Below, piece after piece: positions 1-9,395 of a stretch of 64,000 nucleotides of DNA. The translations under genes and the position numbers were made by a program. The DNA is taken from positions 2,162,011 through 2,226,010 of the forward strand of contig NC_019977.1 of assembly GCF_000328665.1 (NCBI RefSeq). Direction: 5' to 3'. How positions within the stretch are numbered: position 1 is the stretch's first letter; each line of letters begins with the position of its first letter. The notes beneath the pieces are model-generated. The model made no database searches, was not told where the DNA came from, and saw only the letters and a program-made list of their open reading frames with translations. The DNA is from Methanomethylovorans hollandica DSM 15978. Its GTDB lineage: Archaea > Halobacteriota > Methanosarcinia > Methanosarcinales > Methanosarcinaceae.

Positions 1-142
1 GGAACCCATCTGGAAAAGTTGTGATGCGATCTCTGAAAACCGTTATGTCCTCATGCACATTCTCACAAAAAGATTCGTGTTCTATGTCCATAATATGCGC
101 GATATCGTTTACTGTAGCACTCCGGACCAGTATATCTTGCAA
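1..142 (-). CDS. GNAT family N-acetyltransferase, N-terminal part (runs off window)
   Basis: Manual translation from TTG at 142: LQDILVRSATVNDIAHIMDIEHESF...FRDRITTFPDGF, a RimI-like GNAT N-terminus; GTGGT RBS-like motif upstream. Confidence 0.65.
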   Translation of the reverse strand, partial: MQDILVRSATVNDIAHIMDIEHESFCENVHEDITVFRDRITTFPDGF

Positions 143-190
143 CTAACCACCCATCCAACACTATGTGATAGTATTCTTGTTAATATACTT

Positions 191-1372
191 TTACGCAACA
201 AGTGTAGCTATATCTGAAACAGTTTCTACAAGTGCCTCTACTTCTTCCATAGTGTTATAGAGGGCAAAGGATGCACGTACTGTGCCTTTAAGACCAACAC
301 TCTGTATTGCGGGCATGGCACAATGGTAACCACTGCGCACGCATATCTTACGTGTCTGGTCAAGTATAATGGCCACATCATGCGGATTCATTCCCCGCAC
401 ATTGAAAGATACAACTCCTGCCCTGTTCTGAGGACCATATACCTGGACCTGAGGTATCTCGGCAAGCAGGGAAGCAGCTTTCTTTGCCAGTATTGTTTCA
501 TGCTTTTCTATATCCTCAATGCCTGTATCCCGTACATATTCCACAGCTCTGCCAAGACCAATGACTCCGGGAATATTGGGTGTACCTGCCTCAAAGCGTG
601 CAGGGCTTGCCTCTATCTGGTAACTGTCTATTGATACAGAACTAACCATGCCTCCACCTAAGTACATTGGTTCAATTGAATCAGGATCCCTGAGACAGAG
701 AACACCAGTTCCCTGCGGGCCCAGTAATCCTTTGTGCCCCGGAGTTACCAGAAAATCCATACCTAATTCTTTTATGTTCAGCGGCATGTGTCCCGCGGAC
801 TGGGAGGCGTCTATGAGCACCTGCGCACCATTTTTATGTCCGATTCTGGTAATCTTCCTGACATCCTGAATGGAGCCGAAAACATTGGTCACATGGTTGA
901 CAGCCACCAGACGCGTGTTATCTTTTAGTGCTAGATCGATCTGCTCAGGTGCTACAACTCCTTCTTCATTGGCCTGTACAACTGTTACCTCTACTCCATG
1001 GTCACGTAACCTCAACCAGGGCAACAGATTGGAGTGGTGTTCCACAATGGATACGATCACATGGTCGCCAGGATGCCACTGCAGGCCGTACGCCACCATA
1101 TTTATACTTTCTGTGGCATTGCGGGTAAAAACAGTTCCAGTAACATCAGTATTAAGGAATGATGCAATTGTTTCTCTGGCATCTTCGTACTTATCGGTAG
1201 TCATCCGTGCAAGCCTGTGGGCTCCTCTGCCATGATTGGCGGCATATTTGTAAAAATATTCCTCCATGGCTTTTACTGCCGGCACAGGGGTCTGTGTTGT
1301 GGCAGCATTGTCCAGATATATAAATTCCTCAAGAAGAGGAAAATCCTTTCTTATTGCTGGGAGATCGTACAT
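191..1372 (-). CDS. Cysteine desulfurase, SufS/Csd type (PLP-dependent)
   Basis: IYLDNAATTQ, EHHSN, TPGHKGLLGP (PLP lysine), RFEAGTP, VRSGYHCA (catalytic Cys); start trimmed to MYDL. Confidence 0.93.
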   Translation of the reverse strand: MYDLPAIRKDFPLLEEFIYLDNAATTQTPVPAVKAMEEYFYKYAANHGRGAHRLARMTTDKYEDARETIASFLNTDVTGTVFTRNATESINMVAYGLQWHPGDHVIVSIVEHHSNLLPWLRLRDHGVEVTVVQANEEGVVAPEQIDLALKDNTRLVAVNHVTNVFGSIQDVRKITRIGHKNGAQVLIDASQSAGHMPLNIKELGMDFLVTPGHKGLLGPQGTGVLCLRDPDSIEPMYLGGGMVSSVSIDSYQIEASPARFEAGTPNIPGVIGLGRAVEYVRDTGIEDIEKHETILAKKAASLLAEIPQVQVYGPQNRAGVVSFNVRGMNPHDVAIILDQTRKICVRSGYHCAMPAIQSVGLKGTVRASFALYNTMEEVEALVETVSDIATLVA

Positions 1373-1412
1373 GCGACCTAATACGCCAGCCTGTAAAAAA
1401 TAGTTTTGCAGG

Positions 1413-1568
1413 CTATTTTGCCTGAAGACCACCGACCATGAAACGGTACAGGTCCATATCTTCTGGATCAAGCCTGCCTTTTATGACCCCACCGACCACT
1501 GTATAGCAATCAGTGGATGAACGGCAGGAATCGTTTTTCCTACTTTTCTCTTGTGTTTTTGTATTCAT
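1413..1568 (-). CDS. Small hypothetical protein (51 aa)
   Basis: GAGGTG RBS just before ATG at 1568; MNTKTQEK...DSCRSSTDCYTVVGGVIKG...; same strand and directly upstream of the desulfurase. Confidence 0.6.
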   Translation of the reverse strand: MNTKTQEKSRKNDSCRSSTDCYTVVGGVIKGRLDPEDMDLYRFMVGGLQAK

Positions 1569-1764
1569 ATTACACCTCATCTCTCTTTTTAGACAGGACA
1601 AGCCTTCTGGCATTATTATACACATAATAAACATATTTATTTTTGTGGGGCTTGCTGAGCCTCACATTTGTTTTTTAATATATAAATATTTAACGCTTAT
1701 TAAATATAAGAGATAAAATTGACGTCGAAAAACATATAATACATGCAGGAGAGTTTCGATACTA

Positions 1765-3042
1765 ATGCCTGAGATTATCATAGACGAATCACTTACCTAC
1801 ATAGAGGGAACCCAGCGTGTGTTCACGGAAGAGGAAACCCTTCAAAGGGTGCAGCCCCTGCTCAAGGATATTGGAGTGACCCGTATTGCCAACATCACCG
1901 ACCTCGACAAGATAGGCATACCCGTATTCTCCAGCATCAGGCCCAGCGCCGCTGAGGGTGCCATCTCAGTATACTCCGGAAAGGGAGCTAATGAGGTGCA
2001 AGCGCGTATATCTGCTATCATGGAAAGCTTTGAGAGGTGTCTTGCAGAACGCAGTGGTGTTAATAAAGATGTGCAGGAGAGCATAGCTTCCAAAGAGTTT
2101 ATAGAAACACCGGAAATTGCCGGTAGTAGTTACACTCTTATAGAACCCCGCTCACTCCTGCTTTCCGAGAAACCGGCGTCTTCTTCCCGTGTTGAATGGA
2201 CTACCGGATGGGACCTGCTGAAAAAAGAAGAGGTTCTCCTACCCTCTAATGCCGTATATCATCCGTACGATCCCCCTGGACTTTCTTTAAAACTTTTCCG
2301 TACCAATACAAATGGTCTGGCTGCAGGTAACACTATTGAAGAGGCTATTTTTCATGGACTGCTGGAAGTCTTGGAAAGGGATGCTCTAAGCATTGCAGAG
2401 TTCAATCGTTTTCCCGGAAAGGAAATTGTGCTCAGTGAAGATGACGGGGAGAACTACAGGCTTGCTCAGATGTGTAAAGAGAATGGTATAGATATCAAAC
2501 TCTGGTTGCTCTTCCATGATACTGATGTTCCTACAGTGGTAGCTGCCTTGGATGATGTGCAGCTCAAGGACCCAGCATTGCTTGTAATGGGTGCGGGCTC
2601 GCATCTCGACCCTTCCATAGCTGTGAGGAGGGCCATTACTGAAGCCGCACAGTCAAGAGTGGTACAGATACATGGTGCCAGAGAGGATACCGAAAGGGAG
2701 AAGTTTGTAAGGGATATCGGCTATGAGCGCATCAAACGCATGAACAGCTACTGGTATGAGGAAGGAGAAAAAGTGAAGCTTGCCGACATCAAGGACCTGT
2801 CCAATGACCGTCCTTCTGCTAATATTGATCTGCTACTTCAAAAGATAGGCAATGTAGCACAACGTGCGGTGGTTGTCGACCTTTCCAGAAAGAGTATAGG
2901 TGTACCGGTAGTGCGGGTCACAGTGCCCACATTCGAGGTGTACACTATTGATCACGAACGCATGGGTAGCAGGATCAAGAAAGCTCCCCGCAGAAAACTG
3001 TCTGCAGATGAAAGGCCATGGAAGCGGAGAATGCACCATTGA
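1765..3042 (+). CDS. ycaO: YcaO-family McrA glycine thioamidation protein
   Basis: GVTRIANITDLDKIGIPV, SGKG, ESFER, TNGLAAG, LEVLERDA, EAAQSR motifs; coupled to tfuA. Confidence 0.95.
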   Translation: MPEIIIDESLTYIEGTQRVFTEEETLQRVQPLLKDIGVTRIANITDLDKIGIPVFSSIRPSAAEGAISVYSGKGANEVQARISAIMESFERCLAERSGVNKDVQESIASKEFIETPEIAGSSYTLIEPRSLLLSEKPASSSRVEWTTGWDLLKKEEVLLPSNAVYHPYDPPGLSLKLFRTNTNGLAAGNTIEEAIFHGLLEVLERDALSIAEFNRFPGKEIVLSEDDGENYRLAQMCKENGIDIKLWLLFHDTDVPTVVAALDDVQLKDPALLVMGAGSHLDPSIAVRRAITEAAQSRVVQIHGAREDTEREKFVRDIGYERIKRMNSYWYEEGEKVKLADIKDLSNDRPSANIDLLLQKIGNVAQRAVVVDLSRKSIGVPVVRVTVPTFEVYTIDHERMGSRIKKAPRRKLSADERPWKRRMHH

Positions 3043-3701
3043 TGAACGACAGAAAGATCGTAGTGTTCACAGGCACCAGCATAAGTCACCAAGAAGCAAA
3101 GAGACTCTTGGATGCCACATACAAGCCCCCTATCTTCCGGGGGAATATAGATGAAGTTCTCCGCGAGGGTTATGGGACCATAGGCATTATTGATGGCACT
3201 TTCTTTAACAGGGCTGCTGTAGCACACAAGGAGATCATTAAAGCTCTTGAGTCCGGTGTAACGGTTATCGGAGGCAGCAGTATGGGGGCTTTGAGGGCCT
3301 CTGAACTTGATGTTCATGGCATGATCGGTGTTGGGAGGATATACGAATGGTACAGAGATGGTGTTATTGAGGACGATGATGAAGTCGCAGTGGCCACAAA
3401 CCCCGATACTTTTGAACCGGTATCTTCTCCCATGGTAAACATACGTGAAACATTAAAAGCTGCATCAGAGAAAGGTATTATTGTCCCGTCTTTGTGTTCG
3501 GAACTGATTGACATAGCCAAGAAGACACAGTACGGGCAGAGAAGCTATTTCGGAGTGGTGCAGAAGGGAATAAAGGCCGGGTTATTTTCCGAAGAAATGG
3601 GAAAAAAACTTTTGGACTATTGCCGCAATCAGGAGACGGATGTTAAAAAACAGGATGCTATCATGGTACTGAATAAGATAAGAGAGATATCAAATGCTTA
3701 A
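3042..3701 (+). CDS. tfuA: TfuA-family McrA glycine thioamidation protein
   Basis: FTGTSI, IGIIDG, AVAHKEI, SSMGALRASEL, DDDEVAV; TGATG stop/start overlap with ycaO. Confidence 0.95.
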   Translation: MNDRKIVVFTGTSISHQEAKRLLDATYKPPIFRGNIDEVLREGYGTIGIIDGTFFNRAAVAHKEIIKALESGVTVIGGSSMGALRASELDVHGMIGVGRIYEWYRDGVIEDDDEVAVATNPDTFEPVSSPMVNIRETLKAASEKGIIVPSLCSELIDIAKKTQYGQRSYFGVVQKGIKAGLFSEEMGKKLLDYCRNQETDVKKQDAIMVLNKIREISNA

Positions 3702-3858
3702 GAGAGATTTTCGATAAGCCTCTTTTGTAATCTACCTACACAATTTTTTCTCGATGCTAAGGCGCAAAGAAGCAAGTAACAAGCTTTGCACCTTGCGACT
3801 TTGTGCTAAAAATAATTTGCAGTAAAAAAGTTATCCCATAGGTGCAAAAGCTGATACT

Positions 3859-4629
3859 TCAGATCACTGCTATCAATGGTAACATCACATGCAACACTAG
3901 ATCCGCAGAGAAATGTGATATCATGGACGCTTCTAAACCTTTTTTCCAATAAAGCCATCCAAATATAATTCCGCCAACAGCATTCAGAACAATGGTACGG
4001 GCAATTACCAGCGGTGTGAGCGTTGTTATAGCCATTACTGCCGGTAAATGGCCAATGCCAAAAATAACAGCTGCTATAATGATAGCTAACCACATACCTG
4101 CATTTGTTGGCTTTCCTTCTTCTATTGATTTGATTTTGAAGATTATCCATGCAATGAGAGTCATTACGAATAATCTTAACAGTACCTCTTCATTTATCCC
4201 GCCATAAAACGATGCAAGAAGGCCCTGCCATGCAGGAGGAGTTATTGAAGCCTGAGTTAAACTGATCGGTACGCCGGCAAAGGAAAACAAAATATCAAGT
4301 CCGATTATAAGGATACCGCCCAGAATTCCAAGCCCTATCGATATTCCAAGTATGGATCTTAAATAACTTTTAACTTCCCTGCCTTCAAGCCATCCTTCAA
4401 GGATCGGAAGGCCAAGTCCAACTTTTTTGGCAAGATGAAGGCCAACAAAGATCGCAATACCAAACAATACTATAGATTGGATAAGCTGAGCAGCCAGGAG
4501 GACGTATAAAGGTACAGGTAAATTCTGAAGTAATTCTCCCTGAAGAGTAAGAGTATAAGGCAGTACAGCTATTGTCCCAAAGATACATGCAATTAGTAAA
4601 ATCAGGAATAATTTTCTGTCTGCTCTCAT
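3859..4629 (-). CDS. CPBP (CAAX protease/Abi) intramembrane metalloprotease
   Basis: Multi-TM protein with EEVLLR, FGIGH and MISHFSAD motifs. Confidence 0.88.
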   Translation of the reverse strand: MRADRKLFLILLIACIFGTIAVLPYTLTLQGELLQNLPVPLYVLLAAQLIQSIVLFGIAIFVGLHLAKKVGLGLPILEGWLEGREVKSYLRSILGISIGLGILGGILIIGLDILFSFAGVPISLTQASITPPAWQGLLASFYGGINEEVLLRLFVMTLIAWIIFKIKSIEEGKPTNAGMWLAIIIAAVIFGIGHLPAVMAITTLTPLVIARTIVLNAVGGIIFGWLYWKKGLEASMISHFSADLVLHVMLPLIAVI

Positions 4630-4796
4630 ATTAGATCTCCTTATTGCCTGTAAATCCTCTAATGATCAAAGTCAATTGCCCAAAGTAGATTGTTTACATC
4701 AACATCCGACAGTAGATCCAGAATAATTATCCACCTAGACCCTCACCCCGAAATTGAGGAGTTATACATACCCTCAATTCCATCGCTTTTTATCAT

Positions 4797-5363
4797 TCAG
4801 CGTTCTTTCCCTATAGAGAAAGCTTTTCCAAGATCAGGTCCAATGCCGTAGTAGGTTCTGTTCCCTGGCCCATATATAATCGGTCGGATCTTTTCTATAT
4901 CGGGATTTCCGTTTTCGTCAAGTACGGACTCTTCTGCCTTGATATCGACTATCTCTCCGACAAACATGGTGTGAAGCCCTATTTCAAATGAGTGGAGCAG
5001 TTTGCATTCGAGAACGAAAGGAAACTCTCCGACATAGGGAGCAGCTACAAGCTCACTCCTTACAGGGGTCAGACCGGTTGTCTTGAATTTATCTTCATCC
5101 CGGCCACTTGCAAGGCCAAAGTAATCGGCTTCTTTTACATGATCTTCGGAAGGAATGCTTACGGTAAATGCCTTATTTTCTATGATGCCGCCGTAGCTGT
5201 AGGTAGCCTTTCGTAAAGACACGCTGATACAGGGAGGGGCAGAACAGCAGATCCCGGCCCAGGCTACGGTCATGGCGTTTGGCTTTCCGTTCATATCATA
5301 TGTACCGACAACCCATGTTGGTGTCGGGAACGCGAGTGTCTTTGCTCCAATTGATCGTTTCAT
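4797..5363 (-). CDS. Flavin reductase family protein (flavoredoxin-like)
   Basis: [29 protein letters not shown]. Confidence 0.9.
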   Translation of the reverse strand: MKRSIGAKTLAFPTPTWVVGTYDMNGKPNAMTVAWAGICCSAPPCISVSLRKATYSYGGIIENKAFTVSIPSEDHVKEADYFGLASGRDEDKFKTTGLTPVRSELVAAPYVGEFPFVLECKLLHSFEIGLHTMFVGEIVDIKAEESVLDENGNPDIEKIRPIIYGPGNRTYYGIGPDLGKAFSIGKER

Positions 5364-5442
5364 GGTTTAATGTTCTTTCAGATGATATAAAATGGTTTTC
5401 GAGCCTAATCTAAATGTTCTTCTGCTAACCGAGGTATAAATG

Positions 5443-6048
5443 CTATCCTAAATCCACACCAGAATTAATTCTCGGCAGATCCTTTGAAGCCATATACATG
5501 GCAAACATTTCCAGTTCATCGAAAGGTATTTGAATCTCTTTTAAAGTATTCTTCATGTGAAATCCGGAAAGTTCTTCGGCATAAGACTCGATGGTGTTTT
5601 CCCATTGTGCTATAACCCTGGTCTTTTCTTCATCGGATATGCCTGCTTTTGAGATATTGGAGATCATCCACAATGCGAACTCCCTGATGATCAGAAAACC
5701 TACTGGACAGGGTTGTAAGCCTATGGAATTGCCTGAAGTGTTTACCTTAAACGGATACAGACCACACACAATGGGGCGCTCGTAATAAACACCGCATCTG
5801 TTATGTGGTTTTAAAAAAGAGCACGGCGTCTCTATTCTGTAAAGAGGACTTGCAGGCATCTCGCTCTGTATCCTCTTTGCCTTTTGTGGATCAATGAGAG
5901 AGAAAATTCTGTACTCTTCCTCGAATATGTGGATCTGGCCATGCTTGCAGCAATGAGCTTCACATTCCTCCGGGCATATGTAATATTGCAGTATGCCCTG
6001 TATGGCACCATAGTGAATGGCCTTTTTGACAGCTTCTCTCATATCCAT
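5443..6048 (-). CDS. YkgJ-family cysteine-cluster protein
   Basis: CPEECEAHCC ... PCSFL ... CGVYYERPIVCGLYPF. Confidence 0.8.
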   Translation of the reverse strand: MDMREAVKKAIHYGAIQGILQYYICPEECEAHCCKHGQIHIFEEEYRIFSLIDPQKAKRIQSEMPASPLYRIETPCSFLKPHNRCGVYYERPIVCGLYPFKVNTSGNSIGLQPCPVGFLIIREFALWMISNISKAGISDEEKTRVIAQWENTIESYAEELSGFHMKNTLKEIQIPFDELEMFAMYMASKDLPRINSGVDLG

Positions 6049-6210
6049 AAATAATCGCACCGAATTTGAACTTTTTATGCTGTGACATCTGTAAAGTGTC
6101 TGATAAAATCAATAAATTGAATATATAGGTTTCCCAGAAAGAAATATTATTTTAGAGCTACTGCCTTCAATTAAGATGTTCCCGGATATTTTTTAAATGT
6201 TGTTTTGTTT

Positions 6211-6981
6211 TCATTTAATTGAGATCAATTGTTTCCTGTTATTGAAAAAGTTCCTGTAAGACAGGTAGCAAGCCACATAGGAAGAAATAGAAGTGGTCGA
6301 GAGCAGCATGAAAGTGACCATGATCTGATATTTTATTGCCTCAATGGGAGATATTCCGGCAAGTATCAATCCCGTCATCATTCCCGGAAGAGATACGATC
6401 CCTAATGTTCTTGCAGAGTCAATCGTTGGGATAACACCTGTTTTGATCGCATCCCTTATAATTGCGACAGAAGAAGGCAGGATATCTGCCCCTAACGATA
6501 GTTTAGTTTCTACTTCTTCACGCTTGATCTTAAAATCAGACAGCATCTGCCTATAACATAGTCCAAGTGCGATCATGGAATTGCTGATGATCATACCGGC
6601 CACAGGAATTATCTGGTAGGGCTCATATGCTATTGTCCCCGAGAATACAAGTACAGAAAGGGTCAGCACTGTGCCTGTTGCAATGGAGCAGAAAGATATG
6701 ACCAGTATTTTATTAATGCCCTTCCCTCTTTTGGAAGCATTGTATGCAGCGCTGAAGGTCATAAAAAGAAGCAGAAGAGTTGTAAACAGAGGGCTTTCAA
6801 GACCGAATATGTATTCAAGGATGTATCCTACAATAACGAGTTGGATAATAGCTCTTACCACACTGACAAGTGTTTCCTTCTCAAGGCCCAGCTTTTGTGA
6901 GTATGACAGATATAGCGACACCAACACAAGGGATGAAGCAATGAGCAACGACGTATTATCGATAGCTACTGAACCATTCAT
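6211..6981 (-). CDS. fetB: ABC transporter permease, FetB/UPF0014 family
   Basis: RAIIQLVIVGY, GMIISNSM, GIVSLPGMMTGLILAG, AIKYQI. Confidence 0.9.
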   Translation of the reverse strand: MNGSVAIDNTSLLIASSLVLVSLYLSYSQKLGLEKETLVSVVRAIIQLVIVGYILEYIFGLESPLFTTLLLLFMTFSAAYNASKRGKGINKILVISFCSIATGTVLTLSVLVFSGTIAYEPYQIIPVAGMIISNSMIALGLCYRQMLSDFKIKREEVETKLSLGADILPSSVAIIRDAIKTGVIPTIDSARTLGIVSLPGMMTGLILAGISPIEAIKYQIMVTFMLLSTTSISSYVACYLSYRNFFNNRKQLISIK

Positions 6982-7634
6982 TTTAAAGCCTCCAGTGACC
7001 TGATCTCACCAGCTTCCAGAGTAATGATCTTATTTGCATACTTCTGGCTTTGTTCAGGATCATGTGTGATCCACAGGACAGTAATACCACCCCTGTTCAG
7101 GGAAGAAATAGCATCCTCAACCATGCGTGTATTTTCCACATCAAGGGCAGATGTGACCTCGTCCAGCAGCAGAACTTCAGGAAGGAACAATAAAGCTCTT
7201 ACCAGCGATATCCTTTGCTTCTCGCCCCCTGAAAGGTTTTGGACATCTGCATTGCGAAAAGTGAGGGATATATTGAACAATGAAAATAGTTCCTTTACCC
7301 TGCCTTCGTTAAAGTGCATATTTCTGACGGAGAAGGGAAAATCCAGGTTCTCCTTCACATTATTGCCAAAAAGGCAAGGTGATTGAGAGCAATAAGCAAT
7401 GTTTTTTCTTAACTCCGTTGAAATGTGCTCGGTCATATTTATGCCTTTATAGAATATGTTTCCAGCTGTCGGACTTATCAAATGACTGCAAAGTTTTAGC
7501 AATGTGCTTTTACCACTGCCTGAAGGACCAACTATAGAGATAAAATCTCCAGCCTCAACAACAAAGGATACATTTCTGAGAATTGTCTTACCATCATTGA
7601 CAAAAGATACGTCCTGAAGATCAAGCAATGGCAA
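6978..7634 (-). CDS. fetA: ABC transporter ATP-binding protein, FetA-like
   Basis: GPSGSGKST, LSGGEKQR, LLLDE; TTG start 8 nt after GGAGG; overlaps fetB start. Confidence 0.85.
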   Translation of the reverse strand: MPLLDLQDVSFVNDGKTILRNVSFVVEAGDFISIVGPSGSGKSTLLKLCSHLISPTAGNIFYKGINMTEHISTELRKNIAYCSQSPCLFGNNVKENLDFPFSVRNMHFNEGRVKELFSLFNISLTFRNADVQNLSGGEKQRISLVRALLFLPEVLLLDEVTSALDVENTRMVEDAISSLNRGGITVLWITHDPEQSQKYANKIITLEAGEIRSLEALK

Positions 7635-7650
7635 ATCCAATACCTCCTTC

Positions 7651-8088
7651 CTATCGGTGCTTTGGAAAGAACATGGACACCAACTCGATATTATCAAGCA
7701 GTTCCTCAAGAAGTGCTTTGAACTGCTCTCTTTTTAGAGGTTCCAGACCATCGAACAGGTTCCTGGCAAAGATATGGTCCTCTGTAATATGCTTTTCAAC
7801 AGCCGACTTCCCATTTTCCGTGGCTACCAGCTCTATAGACCTTCGATCTTTGTTTGTTTTCAACCTTGCAATGAGTTTTTTATTTTCCAGCCTGTCAAGG
7901 ATCCCCGTGAGCGTGGATGGAGGAATATTGTATTTTTGAGAAATGTCCTTTGAAAGTATGTTGTTGTGCAAGTATATCCTCTCAAGCACATACATCTCCT
8001 GAGGAGGGATCCTGGATGTCTGAAGCTGATATTCATTTTTGTACTGAATGATGTCGATGATCTTATGAAGTAAGACATTCTCATCCAA
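7651..8088 (-). CDS. MarR family transcriptional regulator
   Basis: wHTH segment STLTGILDRLENKKLIAR...DRRS; first gene of the marR-fetA-fetB unit. Confidence 0.9.
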   Translation of the reverse strand: MDENVLLHKIIDIIQYKNEYQLQTSRIPPQEMYVLERIYLHNNILSKDISQKYNIPPSTLTGILDRLENKKLIARLKTNKDRRSIELVATENGKSAVEKHITEDHIFARNLFDGLEPLKREQFKALLEELLDNIELVSMFFPKHR

Positions 8089-8110
8089 ATCTCATTTCCC
8101 CCAAAAATAA

Positions 8111-8139
8111 TTCGTCTATCGAATATTACGATATACGAA
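8111..8139. promoter_or_regulatory. Probable MarR operator (inverted repeat)
   Basis: TTCGTCTATCG-N7-CGATATACGAA (1 mismatch) between a TATA-like GATATATC and the marR start. Confidence 0.6.
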
Positions 8140-8231
8140 AGATATATCTCTTTTGGTTTCAATCCCTATTATTTTTTCATCAAGACGCATTTTATAAGAT
8201 CAGGGTGTTTTCGATAACTGCTTCAAAGGAA

Positions 8232-8783
8232 CTATGCAAAAAAATCCTCACTCCAGTCCACAGAACCAGGTTTGTATTTTGCCGCTACTTGTTCATCCCG
8301 GCCTTTGAGCAGTGCATCGAGGATCTCTTCAATATCTGCAATGGTCTCCCCAATGGTCTGGTCAGTGGTGTCTATTTCAAAGACCTTGTCGCACCACTCC
8401 ACTGATTCGAACAGGATAACATCCAGAGCCTCAGCTTCCAGGTTTTCCTGGACCTTATTTTCAAAATAGTTCCTTTGCTGTAACCTTTCCCTCAGTTTGT
8501 CAGGAGATACCCTAAGCACGATGACAATATCAGCAATATGATGGGAAAGATGGCTGTCAAGTATAGTAACTGGGCTGAAAATGTCGACTTTTTCCATGAC
8601 CCGCTGTTCCACAAGGTCCATGTCAGCCACAATACAGTCCCTTTCGGAATCCACCTCAGAGTAAAGCTTCTCTTCCCTGATCAGTTCATTGAGGTGGATC
8701 ACCTGGTATCCGGGCTTTTCTTCCAGCCGGACTGTGACCGATGTTTTACCCGTTCCGGGTGTTCCTGTGATCCCTATAAGCAT
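8232..8783 (-). CDS. Archaeal adenylate kinase (AK6/Fap7-like)
   Basis: ITGTPGTGKT, DSHLSH, KVQENLEAE, EIDTT. Confidence 0.9.
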   Translation of the reverse strand: MLIGITGTPGTGKTSVTVRLEEKPGYQVIHLNELIREEKLYSEVDSERDCIVADMDLVEQRVMEKVDIFSPVTILDSHLSHHIADIVIVLRVSPDKLRERLQQRNYFENKVQENLEAEALDVILFESVEWCDKVFEIDTTDQTIGETIADIEEILDALLKGRDEQVAAKYKPGSVDWSEDFFA

Positions 8784-8807
8784 GATCCTCAATAAACCTG
8801 CAAAGGC

Positions 8808-9395
8808 TTAATCCTTATGCATGCCAGCTATTATTAGAAAGTTTTCGACGATTTTCATCCCGCTTTCAGTAAGCACGGATTCCGGATGGAACTGCACACC
8901 GTATATAGGATACTTCGTGTGTTCCACTGCCATGATAATGCCATCAGGTGTCCTTGCAGTCACCTCAAGTTCATCCGCCAGCTTTTCAATGGCAAGGGAA
9001 TGGTATCTTCCTCCTTTGAAGGTGAGTGGTATACCAGCAAATAGACGTGAGCCATCATGGCTGATGTCAGATGTCTTGCCGTGGATCGGACCGCCTTTTG
9101 CATGTCCGACACTGCCTCCGAAAGCTGCATTGATGGCCTGGTGACCAAAACACACACCTAGCACAGGGATATGGGGACCAAGATCCCTTATGATACCAAG
9201 ACAGTTGCCCACATCTCCAGCCTTGTGAGCTGTGCCCGGCCCAGGCGATATCACGATGGCATCCGGCTTTATCTTCCGTACTTCTTCTGAAGAGACGGTA
9301 TTTGGAACGACCACTGTGTCCGGCTCGAATATGGATACATAGTCCACAAGGTTCCAGACAAAAGAATCCTTGTTATTGATGAACAATACCCTCAT
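8808..9395 (-). CDS. trpG: Anthranilate synthase component II
   Basis: SPGPG, GVCFGHQ, RYHSL, QFHPES. Confidence 0.95.
   Translation of the reverse strand: MRVLFINNKDSFVWNLVDYVSIFEPDTVVVPNTVSSEEVRKIKPDAIVISPGPGTAHKAGDVGNCLGIIRDLGPHIPVLGVCFGHQAINAAFGGSVGHAKGGPIHGKTSDISHDGSRLFAGIPLTFKGGRYHSLAIEKLADELEVTARTPDGIIMAVEHTKYPIYGVQFHPESVLTESGMKIVENFLIIAGMHKD

Noticed and set aside
1765..6060. RiPP (thioamitide) cluster suggested by YcaO + TfuA + CPBP protease + flavin reductase
   Set aside because: The YcaO/TfuA pair looks like the standard methanogen McrA-modifying type, and the CPBP and reductase genes are convergent on the opposite strand with no linked precursor or transporter
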